DNA of 64,000 nucleotides from the NCBI RefSeq assembly GCF_021028975.2, contig NC_059439.1, forward strand, positions 23,126,001 through 23,190,000, given 5' to 3'. Both the position numbers and the translations under genes were made by a program. Source of the stretch: Sphaerodactylus townsendi. Its lineage: Eukaryota. Below, piece after piece: positions 36,950 to 49,538 of the stretch (its first letter is position 1; every line of letters begins with the position of its first letter). Under the pieces are notes generated by a model, which was given only the letters and a program-made list of their open reading frames with translations, was not told the DNA's origin and did not search any database.

Positions 36950-37452
36950 GGCCCTTTCTGCACGGAGGCTGAAGGGCTTGGGTCAGTGTAATGAACGCCG
37001 ACCCAACGACGCTGGGACCGTTCGCATGGGACCGACTGCTGGGACCGCCTGCCCGCCCGACCCGCCTCTTCCCCGTCCTTCCCCACTCACCTCGTCGCCG
37101 TCGTTGCCCTGCTGGCTTCCGTAGACCCGCCCACTCTGCCCTCTGACCTCCAGGGGTCGGAGGACAGCGAGGGAGGGCCTTCGGAGGCCAGCAGGGCAAC
37201 GACGGCGACGAGGTGAGTGGGGAAGGACGGGGACAACAGCGCATTCCCGCGCCGCCGGGAATGTGCTGTATTCCAAAAACCTCCCTCAAGGAGGGAGGTT
37301 TTTGGAGGCGGCCTAGGGCCGCCCTGGGGAAGGGGGAAGGGAGCCAGGTCGGCGCTGCTGCAATTTGGCAGTGCCGCCTGTGCGAACGGCTCCCTGGGGA
37401 CGGCGTTTTTGCCGTCCCCAGGGCGTCGTTATTGGCCCGTGCGGAAAGGGCC
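36950..37452. mobile_element. PIF/Harbinger-like MITE (family 3 relative) just 3' of OR-4
   Basis: CAT|GGCCCTTTCTGCACGG...CCGTGCGGAAAGGGCC|CAT; paralogous empty sites (~42822, ~48588) have a single CAT. Confidence 0.9.
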
Positions 37453-37859
37453 CATGTTTCTGCCTTCTCTTTCCAACATTCTATTACATTCTTATATGAC
37501 CAATAAGCCCAAGCTAGAACAGGAAATCATAACGTCAGTGCTCTGCTTAAGTTTCTTTGGACACATGAAATAGATTGGCAAGTATGATGTATTTGGGGAG
37601 CATGGTTGACATCAAACCCCTTCATATACATGTACAGGGTTTGCTGAGAATTCTACAACATAAATAAAGGTTCCACTGGGTTTGTGGAAGATGAAAATAT
37701 GCCCTGCTGATATCCATTGTTACAGAAGATGGAGAGGATCACATTTTTTTTAAAAAAATGGTACCTTTAGATCTTTTGGTATCCCTTGGTATTTATATTA
37801 AGCTTCCATAAAATAGTGAGGCTTTTGGGCTGGAGGTTGCATCCTATTGTTGCCATATT

Positions 37860-38900
37860 GCTTTGGCATTGTGCGGGGGGGAGTACTTATTCACAGGTAT
37901 CCCTGCTCTTGTACCAACCTCAAAGGTACTGCTGGCATTGCAGAGATGGGGAGCCCATTTTCTGGCAATAGCCAGGTCTACCTACAAGAAAGTTCCCAGA
38001 ATTGTTTTCGGGCTCTCATGCTCTCAGATTGCTTGCTATATCAGCACATTTTCAGCTCCACAGCCAAGGAAGAATGTGTTCTCAACATGATACAGTAGCC
38101 CTGCTGAATGGAGATTCATTTCCAGACACAAGAAGACTCCTGACGTCATTGCCTCCCCTGATTATCTTAACCCAGATACTCCCTTCTTCTGACCACCTTA
38201 CAGTGCACTCTATTGTTCCTCAAACAATCCATCTGGACACCTCTCAGAGGTTGTCCTAACATCACCCAAAGATTGTCCTGACACCTCCAGAGATGGATCT
38301 TCACCCTATAAATATCCAACTTTTCAAAGGACCGATTGCCCAGTGCCATTGACACCTTTCCATATTTTTTACTGTGCCCAATGCATTGCCCCCTGGAACC
38401 AAGTGCTGGCCGTTTGGCTCTGAATCCTGGCTCTTCTTCATGTTGCGTTCGGATCGTATTACCCCTATTCCCCATACCCCTTTCTATTCCAAATCTATTT
38501 TCCAGCTTATCTATATCTTAGGAACCCTGTGTGTGCATGTTTGCTGCATTGAATCGAGTGATTGTAAACCCCTTATCCCTACAATAAAGATTGTCAAATT
38601 CGCATTATATTCCTCTCTGTGGATTTTCTTCTAAGAGCTGATCTTTATATACATTGGTATTAAAGATTCCTCACACAGCCTCTCGCAACCTTAATAAGCA
38701 GTCTGCTCTAAGCTAATATTCCCTACTATATTGAGAGACAGTGTCTCCACATTAGGTAATAGTGTCAAAGGCTAAGATTAATTTCCAAAATCCACCAGGA
38801 AGGTATTTTCACACAGTCTTACGAGAGTCATATTACCCTCAGACTATTTAATTATTTGATCCATCCATTCCCATCTTTTTTGGAGAGAACATATTCAACT
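37860..38900 (-). mobile_element. Highly degenerate L1/Tx1-like ORF2 remnant (also in units B and C)
   Basis: Minus-strand traces such as DLAIARKW; heavily disrupted, boundaries uncertain. Confidence 0.35.
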
Positions 38901-39569
38901 TTTCATTTAGATGAAATAACATTTTTTCCTAGGCAGAAGTGAATGAAACCAAGACACCACAGTCATAAAGTTGTACAATTGCCCTACAAAGATCATCCTA
39001 GCAAACCAATCAGATTGGACACTTTGCACACACGTGATCACAGCCATCAAACACTACATCAAACACTGTCTCTTGCTGAATGTGGTATAATTTGTGATAT
39101 CTGTACTGAATACAAACCTTGACCCTTTTCTGATAAATGTCTCAACGGTGTTTAGTATTCAACATTTCTCCAAAGACTTAATCAATAATGAAAATGAAAG
39201 AAGGTCCCATAACTCTCCCTGGTTATTATTTCCCAGAGGTTCAACCATCTCGGATGATTTTCTTTTTCACCTAATGAGGTAGTGTGTGTGTGTGTGTGTT
39301 TGTGTTTTGAGGCAGATGTGACATTTGAGGCAGAGAAGCGACATCTGACTTCTCATCTTGCAATTTAATGAAAGCATTACTTTCTGCTGCACCATGACTT
39401 CATTAAATTTATTTATTTTATATAAAAATGTGAATGAAAGAAGAATGCAACTTTTCCAGGTATGATTTGTACTGGCAATTATTTCTTTTTCAAAGCCCTT
39501 TTTTCATATGGGACATTTTTATGTGTTTAGTCAGTGATCATCATCATCCACATCAATCTTGTCAGTCAT

Positions 39570-40264
39570 ATGGAGCAGCCATGACTTACCGCGGCTGCCA
39601 TTGCTGATGGAGAAGGGACAGCCTCCATGGGGCTGCCTCCTCCCCCTTGCCTTGCGAGCTCCTCTATGCTCACGAGGCTTTGGCTTGGGAGGTGGGGCCG
39701 GGCGGCCTGTTTAAACCTGAGCCCGGCCTCCCCACCTCCCCATTTGCTGAAACGTGTGTGTTTCCCACCCACCTCTCCCTGTTTTTTGGTCTGTGTTAGT
39801 GCATGCGTTTTCTTGTTGTCATAAGGCAGTTTGCACATGGGGGACTGATCTTTAGCTGGGGGCAGCGGGCAAAATACCCGCTGTAGTGGAACCTCCTCAT
39901 GAGGTTTGGGGTGGAGCAAGCCAAGGGGTCACCTGTCCAGATGTGGGCTTAGATGGCTTGCGCCCCTGGCAGCAAGGAGTCTTCAGGAAGTGGCGACCGC
40001 CCATCTGGAATCTCACAGCTGCTCCAGTGTGCATTATAATTTTTCATCGGCAGGCGTGCTGAGAAAAATTTAGGTGTCTGGGGGACAGCAATAATTTGGC
40101 TGCCCAGTACACATACCATAAGATCAGACCCCCATGCTGCGCCTTACGCTTGTGTTTACCTTGAACCAATTTTGTTAATAAATGTTTTTATTCCACACAC
40201 AAATGTTGTTGTATTAAAAGTTCTTTCAATAGCAGGAGAGTATTAGCTACTTCCCTCAGGCAGC
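39570..40264 (+). mobile_element. Unclassified TSD-less repeat, copy 2 (longest)
   Basis: Absent at paralogous sites ~45160 and ~51358; shares both ends with 15686-16117. Confidence 0.65.
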
Positions 40265-40682
40265 AAATCTTCTCTACATGCAGTCCTGGATTTTTTTTCC
40301 TCTTCATAGTTTCAGTTCAGTGAGGAAGGATTCATGACCTGGACAGAGTTAATGGGGTTGGATAAAACCAGGTTCTCTGCTAGCAAAAAAAATCCAACTC
40401 ACTGCCTGTTTTGTTATGTCAAGCCCCTCTTCAAACATGTCCCTAACTACAACCTTCCTAATGATGATATTACATCAATGGTTACTGGAATCTAGGCATC
40501 TTCTTCTGCACATGCATTTCCTACCTTGATACTGACTCTCTTTTTATCTCAAAATCAAGTCCTGAGGGAGCTGTTGGAGGTCCTTCTTCACCTGCACGTG
40601 TCATATACTGAGGAACTCTGTTTTGCTTCCTGGGATTTAGATATTTGAAGAATCAAATTGGCACAAACACATTTCTCTCCCC

Positions 40683-40710
40683 TAATGAGATCCTGAGGGT
40701 TTTATAAGAG
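40683..40710 (+). promoter_or_regulatory. Putative promoter of OR-5 (paralogous copies 46113-46140, 52246-52273)
   Basis: TAATGA + GA + TCCTGAGGG + TTTATAAGAG; candidate donor CCAG|GTATAA at 40858. Confidence 0.4.
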
Positions 40711-41442
40711 TAAATGTGATAAATACGAGTCCATAATTTAAAGAGAAATTACAACAACGGTTCACTTTTGCCTCAACAATCGGAAGCTGAAGACCTAAGT
40801 TTGCTGGGGATCTGTGAACTTTCATACCTTGACTGGAAGAAGAATAAAACCCATCCAGGTATAATCTGTACTTGAAAATAAGGTTTTCTTGATTTTGTTT
40901 CTCATTCTCCATGATACTTTTGTATGCTTTCAATTTGCAACTACAATTATTGTGAACCATATAGCTCTTATGATTGATCCTATTCTACCTCTTCCATTGC
41001 AACAATGTTGGGAGATAAATTATGAGTTAAGCATAAGCAATACCATACGCAGGATGGAAGAAGTTATATCAGTGTGGAAAAAATTAGCAAAGCATCACAT
41101 CTAGTTCTTTCTAAAGTTCTTGGGTAGTGCCAAAGAACTATCCACCACCTGCATATTAAATAACATGAACTTTTCGAAAATGAAGACATTTATCACAGCG
41201 GAGATGGGTACCTTGTCAAACAACACAAAATGAGTTTCTATATCATTTCTGATTGTTTCTAGTTTTGAACAGCTTTATATATATATATATATATTCTCAT
41301 TAAGGAAATAATTCCTACCAACACCTAAAAATCATGTAGGGGCTAACCCTAAGAATACACAACATGTTCTCTTTCAAAACCATCCAGTGAAGTATGGAGA
41401 CAGTGACCAAGGGATTTCTTTTTGCTGTCTATCTGCAGAGTG

Positions 41443-42372
41443 ATGAAGAACCAGAAAGAAGTGCATGAATTCATTCTTCTGGGACTGACAAAAGACCACC
41501 AACTCATTCTCTTTATACTTTTCCTTCTGCTCTATGTGACCAGTTTGCTGGGAAACGGAGTCATATTGACGGTAACGCTGGCTGAGCCACGGCTTCATAC
41601 TCCCATGTATTTTTTCCTAGGCCATCTCTCCTTCCTAGACATATTTTACACCACTGTTACTGTGCCAAAAATGTTGAGTGGCTTCTTAAAAGTGAACCAA
41701 ACAATTACTTCTCTTGAGTGTCTCACTCAACTGCACTTCTTCCACTTCCTGGGAAGTAGTGAAGCTGTGCTTCTAAGTGTCATGGCTTTTGACCGCTACG
41801 TGGCCATATGCAACCCTCTTCGTTACACCGTCATCATGAATAAAAGGGTTTGCTTCCTGCTAGTTGGGGCTACATGGTGTATTGGGTTTTTTCATGCTCT
41901 GATACACACAGTGGTGACTTCACAGCTATGGTTTTGTGGTCCCAATCGTGTCCACCACTTTTTCTGCGACATCAAACCTTTGCTAAAATTGGCCTGTAGT
42001 AGCATCACCCTCAATCTCACTCTTCTTAATGCCGTCACTGGCTCTATGGGTCTGGGTACCTTCTTCCTCACTCTTCTCTCCTATATCTACATTGTCTCCT
42101 TTCTCTTTTTTAAAGTCAAGTCTTCACAAAGCCGTTGGAAAGCTTTCTCCACCTGTGCTTCCCACTTGACAGTCGTGACTGTCTTCTACATCCCTATTCT
42201 TTCCAACTACATGCTTGCCTCTGCTGATGGATCTTCTGAAAGAGAGATGATCATTACTCTGTTGTACAGTGTAGTCACCCCAGTTTTAAACCCTCTAATC
42301 TACACTCTGAGGAATGAGGAGGTAAAATCAGCTCTCAAAAAGATTCTAAGCAGAAAACTCTCATCTGGATAG
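41443..42372 (+). CDS. Olfactory receptor, OR12D-like (OR-5), 309 aa
   Basis: Intact ORF MKNQKEV...; MAFDRYVAICNPL, KAFSTCASHL, NPLIYTLRN. Confidence 0.95.
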   Translation: MKNQKEVHEFILLGLTKDHQLILFILFLLLYVTSLLGNGVILTVTLAEPRLHTPMYFFLGHLSFLDIFYTTVTVPKMLSGFLKVNQTITSLECLTQLHFFHFLGSSEAVLLSVMAFDRYVAICNPLRYTVIMNKRVCFLLVGATWCIGFFHALIHTVVTSQLWFCGPNRVHHFFCDIKPLLKLACSSITLNLTLLNAVTGSMGLGTFFLTLLSYIYIVSFLFFKVKSSQSRWKAFSTCASHLTVVTVFYIPILSNYMLASADGSSEREMIITLLYSVVTPVLNPLIYTLRNEEVKSALKKILSRKLSSG

Positions 42373-42534
42373 ATGTAGATGGATAACTCTGAGTGTACCA
42401 AATGAACCCATACTGGTAAGTAAATAAAAGCAGCTCCCAAGTTGGTTGCATTCTTTCATGATGATTTGCAGCTAGGAATTGCCATTATCCAATTGTTTGT
42501 GCAATAGAGGAACAGCTGTGGATAGTCACATCTT

Positions 42535-42773
42535 AGTCCAACCTTGGCAGAGCCATAGGAAAGCCCTCTCTACTTGCGCCTCCCATCTGAGAGTTGTGTC
42601 TCTCTTGAATGTTCTTGCATCTTCTGGTGAATCACCTGTGATGACTGTCACTATAACTATATTGTACAGTGAAATCACTCCAGGTTTGAATTCTTTAATT
42701 TAGGAATCAAGAGGTAAAATCTGCTCTGGAAAAAAAAATGTTGACTGGGAAACAGATGTCTGGAAGAACATAA
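42535..42773 (+). pseudogene. OR pseudogene fragment (TM6-TM7/C-terminus copy of OR-4)
   Basis: VQPWQSHRKALSTCASHL..., deletions and frameshift, no 5' part. Confidence 0.9.
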
Positions 42774-45423
42774 ACATATGTATTTATGTGTCTTTCTCTG
42801 TCTTCTATGTATTGGTTTGTCCATGTTTTTCTGCTTTCTCTCTCCAACATTACATTCTTGTATCACCAATAAGGTCAACCTAGAACTGGAAGTCGTAATG
42901 ACAGTGCTCTGCTTAAGTTTCTTTGGACACATGAAATAGACTGCCAAGTACGATGTATTTGGGGAGCATGGTTGACATCAAACCCCTTCATATATATGTA
43001 CAGGGTTTGCTGGAAATTCTACAACATAAAGGTTCCACTGGGTTTGTGGAAGATGAAAATATGTCCTGCTGATATCCATTGTTGCAGAAGATGGAGAGGA
43101 TCACATTTTTAAAAAAGGGTATCTTAACTTCTGATATTTTGGTACCCCTTCATTTTCAGATTAAACTTCCATATACTAGTGAGGATTTTGTGACAAAGTT
43201 TGCATCCTATTCATTCAGGGTTGTTACCATACTGCTCTGGCATTGTGGGGGGAGTACTTATTCACAGGTATCCCTGCTCTCGTACTAGCCTCAAGGGTAC
43301 TGCTGGCATTGCAGAGATGGGGAGCCCATGCTCTGGCAATAGCCAAGTCTACCTACAAGAAACTTCCAAAAATTGTTTTATGGTTTTCATACTCCCAGCT
43401 TGTTTGCCATATCATCACATTTTCAGCTCCACAGTCAGGGGAGAATGTGTTCTCAACATGACACAGTAGCCCTGTTGTATGGTTTTCAATTCCAGCCACA
43501 AGAAGACTCCTGACATTATTGCCTCCCTGATTATCCTTTCTGTAACTAGCTTCTTCTGACCACCTTCTGACCTCCATCCAGAAACCTCCCAGAGGTTGTC
43601 CTAACATCACCCAAAGGTTGTCCTCCAGAAGTGAATCTTCACCCTATTAATATCGTATTCCCCAAAGGACCAATTGCCCAGAGCCATTGACACCTTTCCA
43701 TCTTTGTTACTGTGCCCAATGCTTTTCCCCCTGGAACCAAGCTCTGGCTGTTTGGCTCTGAACCCTGGATCTTCTTCATGTCACAATCAGGTCTTATTAC
43801 CCATATATCCCATACCCCTTCCTATTCCAAATCAATTTTCCAGCCTATCTATATCTTAGGAACTCTGTGTGTGCATGTTTGCTGCATTGGATCAAGTGAT
43901 TGTAAACCCCTTATCCCTACAATAAAGATTGTCATATTTGCATTATATTCCTCTCTCTGGATTTTCTTCTAAGAGCCGATCTTCATATACATTGGTATTA
44001 AAGATTCCTTACCCAGCCTTTTGCAACATTAGTAAGCAGTCTGCACTAAGCTAATATTCCCCACTATATTGAGAGACTGTGTCTCCACATTGGGTAACAA
44101 TGTCAAAGGCTAAGATTTCCAAATTCCATCACAAAGGTATTTTTACAGTCTTACAAGAGTCATATTACCCTCATGTTATTTAATTATTTGATCCATTAAT
44201 TCATAACATTTTTATTGAGAATATATTCCACTGATTGTGTAGATGAAATAACATTTTTTCTAGGCAGAAGTGAATGAAACCAGAAAGTGGTACAATTGCC
44301 CTACAAACCAATCAGACTGGACACTTTGCACACACGTGATCACAGCCATCAAGCGCTGTATATTATCATGCTGAATGTGGTACAATTTGCGGTATCTCTA
44401 CTGAAGACAAATCTTGACCCTTTTCTCATAAATCTCTCAGCTGTGTCATTGCAGAACGGACTAAGATGAGAAATTAGTAATTGATTTAATGTTACAAATG
44501 GAATTTTTAGGAACCTCTAATCCAAGCGATTATTAGGATTGGCCAGCAACACATAATTTACAAAACTCTGGGATAAGAGTCTTCACATCTGTCTTAGTAG
44601 CTGCTGATAGCCCATTTTTCAACCACCATTCCTTTTCATTGCTCAAAAAGTTTTACCTTCAGTTTCTATCTGAAGCTGGCATCAGAGGTACAGGGGTAGC
44701 AATAATTAATAGGTGAGACCCCTTAATAGATTTACAGACCATTTCATTTCACACTAGTTTGGCATTTAACATTTCTCCAAAGAACTAATCAATAATGAAA
44801 ATCAGAGAAGGTCCCATAACTCTTCCTGGTTATTATATCCCAGAGGTTCAACCATCACGAATTATTATTTTTTTCACCTAATGAGGTAGTGTCTGTGCGT
44901 TTGTGTTTTGAGGCAGATGTGATCAATATGCAGAGAAGTGACGTCTGACTTTTCTCATCTTGCAATTTAATGAAAACATTACATTCTGCTGAACCTTGAC
45001 CTTGTTAATTTTTTTTTAAGTGACTGAAAGAAGAATACACCTTTTCCGGGTCTGATCTCTAGTGGCAATTAATTTCTTTTTCAAAGTTGCTTCTTCATAT
45101 GGGGCATTTCTATGTGCTTAGTCAGTGATCACTGTCATCCACATCCATCATTATCAGACACATGTCTCTTACATGCAGTCCTGGATTTTTTTCTCTTCAT
45201 AGTTTCAGTCCAGTCAAGAAGGATTCATGACCTGGACAGTGTTTATAGGGTTCGATAATACCAGGTTCTCTGCTAGCAAAAAAAAAATAAAAATCCAACT
45301 CACTCCCTGTTTCGTAATGTCAAGTCCCTCTTCAACAGGTCTTTAACTTCAACCTTCCTAATGATTACATTAATGGTTGCAGGAATCTGGGTATCTTCTG
45401 TCGCAAATGCATTTCCTACCTCG

Positions 45424-45425
<2 letters not shown>

Positions 45426-45472
<47 letters not shown>

Positions 45473-45962
45473 TTATTTATTTATTTATTCTTTCAACTTT
45501 TATACCGCCCTATCCCCGAAGGGCTCTGGGCGGTGCACAACAGACAGTCACATATAAAGATAAAACAACTAAAACCTTTAAAAGCAGAGATACAAATGAA
45601 GACTAATGAATAAAAGTGGCGTCCAGCAACCCCATTTTAAAAAATCCTCTCTTAAGAGGGAGGAGCGGCAAGTCCCAAGATGGCAAGAGGCCCAGATGTA
45701 AAGGACCGTGGTCACCTATCAACGGTTTGGTCCTCTCCAAAGGTCTCGGGCGAACAACTCGGCCTTTACAGGCTCCTGCATGGAATTCAGTGTAAGGTCT
45801 CGCAGGGCCTGGACAGCTGGTGGGAGAGCGTTCCACCAGGCTGGGGCCAGAGCCGTAAAGGCCCTGGCCCATGTGGAGGCCAGCCGTATCATTGAGGGGC
45901 TAGGGACCACCAGTAAATTTGCCTCCACTGAACGAAGAGGCCGTACAGGGACATATGGGGTG
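45426..45962 (-). mobile_element. L2-clade LINE 3' fragment with (TAAA)n tail
   Basis: Encodes ITPYVPVRPLRS..RAFTALAPAWWNALP, an L2 ORF2 C-terminus; absent at the paralogous site 51620. Confidence 0.85.
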
Positions 45963-46707
45963 ATGACACTTTTCTTTCTGAAAATCAAGTCCTAAGAGAG
46001 CTGTTGGAGGTCTTTCTTCACCAGAATACCTCATATACTGAGGAACTCTGTTTTGTCTCCTGGGCTTTAGATATCCCAAGAATCACATTGGCACAAAAGC
46101 ATTTCTCTACCCTAATGAGATCCTGAGGGTTTTATAAGAGCAAAGCTAATAAATAAACACCCATAATTTAAAGAGAAATTACAACTGTTGCCTCAACAAT
46201 CGGAAGCTGAAGACCCAACTTGGCTGGGGATCTGTGAATTTTCATAACTTCACTGAAAGGAGAATAAAACCCATCCAGGTATAATCTGTAGCGGAAAATA
46301 AGTTTTTCTTGATTTTTTTTCATTCTCCACAGTACTTTTGTATGCTTTCAGTTTGCAACTACAATTATTCTGAACCATATAACTCCTGCACTTTGTCCTA
46401 TTCTACCTCTTCTTTGACAACAATGTTGGAGGAGGAATTATGAGAGTTAAGCATAAGCAATACCATACGCAGGATGGAAGAAGACATAGTATGGAATATA
46501 TTAGCAAAGCATCACATCTAATTCTTTTTGAAGTTCTTGGATAGTGCCAAAGAACTATTCAGCTATATTTAATGGCATGAGCTATTAGCAGATGAAGACA
46601 TTTATCATTGTGAAGATGTGTACCTCATCAAACAACACAAAATGAGTTTCTATATAATTTCTGATTGGTTCTAGTTTTGAACAGATCTTATATATATATT
46701 CTCATTA

Positions 46708-47014
46708 GAAGAGAAGAAGAAGAAGAGTTTGGATTTATATCCCCCCTTTCTCTCCTGCAGGAGACTCAAAGGGGCTTACAATCTCCTTGCCCTTCCCCCC
46801 TCACAACAAACTCCCTTTGAGGTAGGTGGGGCTGAGAGAGCTCCGAGAAGCTGTGACTAGCCCAAGGTCACCCAGCTGGCGTGTATGGGAGTGTACAGGC
46901 TAATCTGAATTCCCCAGATAAGCCTCCACAGCTCAGGTGGCAGAGCTGGGAATCAAACCCGGTTCCTCCAGATTAGATACATGATCTCTTAACCTCCTAT
47001 GCCACTGCTGCTCC
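46708..47014 (-). mobile_element. Young Squam3-like SINE
   Basis: Full head and (CTT)n tail; absent from units A and C. Confidence 0.85.
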
Positions 47015-47186
47015 TATAAGATTGTTAGGTGTTGGTAGGAAATAATTCCTACCAACTCCTAACAATCTTATAGGAACTATCCCAAAGGATTCACAATCAT
47101 CACAACATGTTCTCTTTTAAAAACCAACCAGTGAAATATGGAGACAGTGACCAGGGGATTTGTTTTTGTTGTCTACCTGCAGAGTG

Positions 47187-48116
47187 ATGAAGAACCAGAA
47201 AGAAGTGCATGAGTTCATTCTTCTGGGACTGACAAAAGACCACCAATTCATTCTCTTCATACTTTTCCTTCTGCTCTATGTGACCAGTTTGCTGGGAAAT
47301 GGAGTCATTTTGGCTGTAACTCTGGCTGAGCCTCGGCTTCATACTCCCATGTATTTTTTCCTAGGCCATCTCTCCTTCCTAGACATATTTTACGCCACGG
47401 TTACTGTGCCAAAAATGTTGAATGGCTTCCTAACAGTGAACCAAACAATTTCTTCTCTTGAGTGTCTTACTCAACTGCACTTCTTTCACTTCCTGGGAAG
47501 TAGCGAAGCCCTGCTTCTGGGTGTCATGGCTTTTGACCGCTGCGTGGCCATAGGCAACCCTCTTCGTTACACCATCATCATGAATAAAAGGGTTTGCTTC
47601 CTGCTAGCTGGGGCTACTTGGTGTATTGGGTTCTTTCATGCTCTGATGCACACAGTGGTGACTTCACAGCTATGGTTTTGTGGTCCCAATCGTGTCCACC
47701 ACTTTTTCTGTGACATCAAACCTTTGCTAAAATTGGCCTGTAGTAGCATCACCCTCAATCTCACCCTTCTTAATGTTGTCACTGGATGTATTGCTCTGGG
47801 TAACTTCTTCCTCACTCTTCTCTCCTATGTCTACATTGTCTCCTTTCTCTTTTTGAAAGTCAAGTCTTCACAAAGCCGTTGGAAAGCCTTCTCCACCTGT
47901 GCTTCCCACTTGACAGTCGTGACTGTCTTCTACATCCCTGTTCTTTCCAACTACATGCTTGCCTCTGCTGATGGATCTTCTGAAAGAGAGATGATCATTA
48001 CTCTGTTGTACAGTGTAGTCACCCCAGTTTTAAATCCTCTAATCTACACTCTGAGGAATGAGGAGGTAAAATCAGCTCTCAAAAAGATTATAAGCAGAAA
48101 ACTCTCATCTGGATAG
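47187..48116 (+). CDS. Olfactory receptor, OR12D-like (OR-6), 309 aa
   Basis: Intact ORF; variant motif MAFDRCVAIGNPL. Confidence 0.93.
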   Translation: MKNQKEVHEFILLGLTKDHQFILFILFLLLYVTSLLGNGVILAVTLAEPRLHTPMYFFLGHLSFLDIFYATVTVPKMLNGFLTVNQTISSLECLTQLHFFHFLGSSEALLLGVMAFDRCVAIGNPLRYTIIMNKRVCFLLAGATWCIGFFHALMHTVVTSQLWFCGPNRVHHFFCDIKPLLKLACSSITLNLTLLNVVTGCIALGNFFLTLLSYVYIVSFLFLKVKSSQSRWKAFSTCASHLTVVTVFYIPVLSNYMLASADGSSEREMIITLLYSVVTPVLNPLIYTLRNEEVKSALKKIISRKLSSG

Positions 48117-48282
48117 ATGTAGATGGATAACTCTGAGTGTACTGAATGAACTCATATTGGTAAGTAAATAAAAGCAGCTCCCAAGATGGTTGCATTCTTT
48201 CATGATAAACGATTTGCAGCTATGAATTGATATTATCCAATTGTTTGTACAATAGAGGTGATGCTGTGGATAGTCGCATCTT

Positions 48283-48536
48283 AGTCCAACCTTGGCAGAG
48301 CCATAAGAAAGCCTTCTCTACTTGCACCTTCCATCTGACAGTTGTGGCCCTCTTGAAGGTTCCTGTTGTTTCCAACTACATGCTTGCATCTTCTGGTGAA
48401 TCGCCTGAGATGACTGTCACTATATTGTATAGTGAAATCACTCCAGGTTTGAATTCTTTAATTTAGGAATCAAGAGGTAAAATCTGCTCTGGAAAAAAAA
48501 ATGTTGACTGGGAAACAGATGTCTGGAAGAACATAA
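48283..48536 (+). pseudogene. OR pseudogene fragment (3' copy of OR-4)
   Basis: VQPWQSHKKAFSTCTFHL...; shares the post-NSLI deletion with 42535-42773. Confidence 0.9.
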
Positions 48537-49140
48537 ACCTATCATGTATTTCTGTGTCTTTCTCTGTCTTTTATGTATTGGTTTGTCCATGTTTCTGCCT
48601 TCTCTCTCCAACATTCTATTACATTCTTGTATGACCAATATGCTCAACCTAGAACTGGAAGTCGTAATGACAGTGCTCTGCTTAAGTTTCTTTGGACACA
48701 TTAAATAGATTGCCAAGTGTGATGTATTTGGGGAGCATGGTTGACATCAAACCCCTTCATATATATGTACAGGGTTTGCTGGAAATTCTACAACATAAAG
48801 GTTCCACTGGGCTTGTGGAAGACGAAAATATGCCCTGCTGATATCCATTGTTGCAGAAGATGGAGAGGATCACATTTTTTAAAAAGGGTATCTTAACTTC
48901 TGATATTTTGGTACCCCTTCATTTTCAGATTAAACTTCCATATACTAGTGAGGATTTTGTGACAAAGTTTGCATCCTATTCATTCAGGGTTGTTACTATA
49001 ATGCTCTGGCATTGTGGGGGGAGTACTTATTCACAGGTATCCCTGCTCTCGTACTAGCCTCAAGGGTACTGCTGGCATTGCAGAGATGGGGAGCCCATTC
49101 TCTGGCAATAGCCAAGTCAACCTATAGGAAACTTCCAAAT

Positions 49141-49538
49141 AAGGAGCAGACACGACTTAATGCGGCTGCCATTGCTGATGGGGAAGGGACAGCCTCCTTG
49201 GTGGCTGCCGCCTTCCCTTGTGGCCTCATAAGCTTCCAAGTACTTGCGAGGTTTTTTCCAGGCTAGGGCGCCAAGCTGTGACATTGGGCGCCCTGACGTT
49301 GGTGGGGAGGTGGGCCTAGGCAGCCTTTTTAAGGCTGGGCCTCGCCGACTACCTCCCCATTTGCCGGAGCTCAATTGTTGGGCATTCCTTTGTTTAATTC
49401 CTTTCAAAGTGAAAAGGCCCTTCCTTCGTTTGGCCTTCCCGCTGTATGGTCAGCTTTTCCCCACACAAAAACAGCTTGTTGTACTCTAATTTATTCCTGG
49501 AATAGCTAGGAGGCCTTTAGTTATTTCCTTCAAACAGC
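49141..49538 (+). mobile_element. Unclassified TSD-less repeat, copy 3 (diverged subfamily)
   Basis: AAGGAGCAG...CAGC followed by AAT; empty site at ~43370. Confidence 0.65.

Larger units (their letters stand above)
36631..42534 (+). repeat. Tandem segmental repeat unit A
   Basis: OR-4 3' end + intergenic + OR-5 + ~160 bp flank, collinear with units B and C. Confidence 0.88.
42535..48282 (+). repeat. Tandem segmental repeat unit B
   Basis: Collinear with A and C; starts at junction CATCTT|AGTCCAA. Confidence 0.88.
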
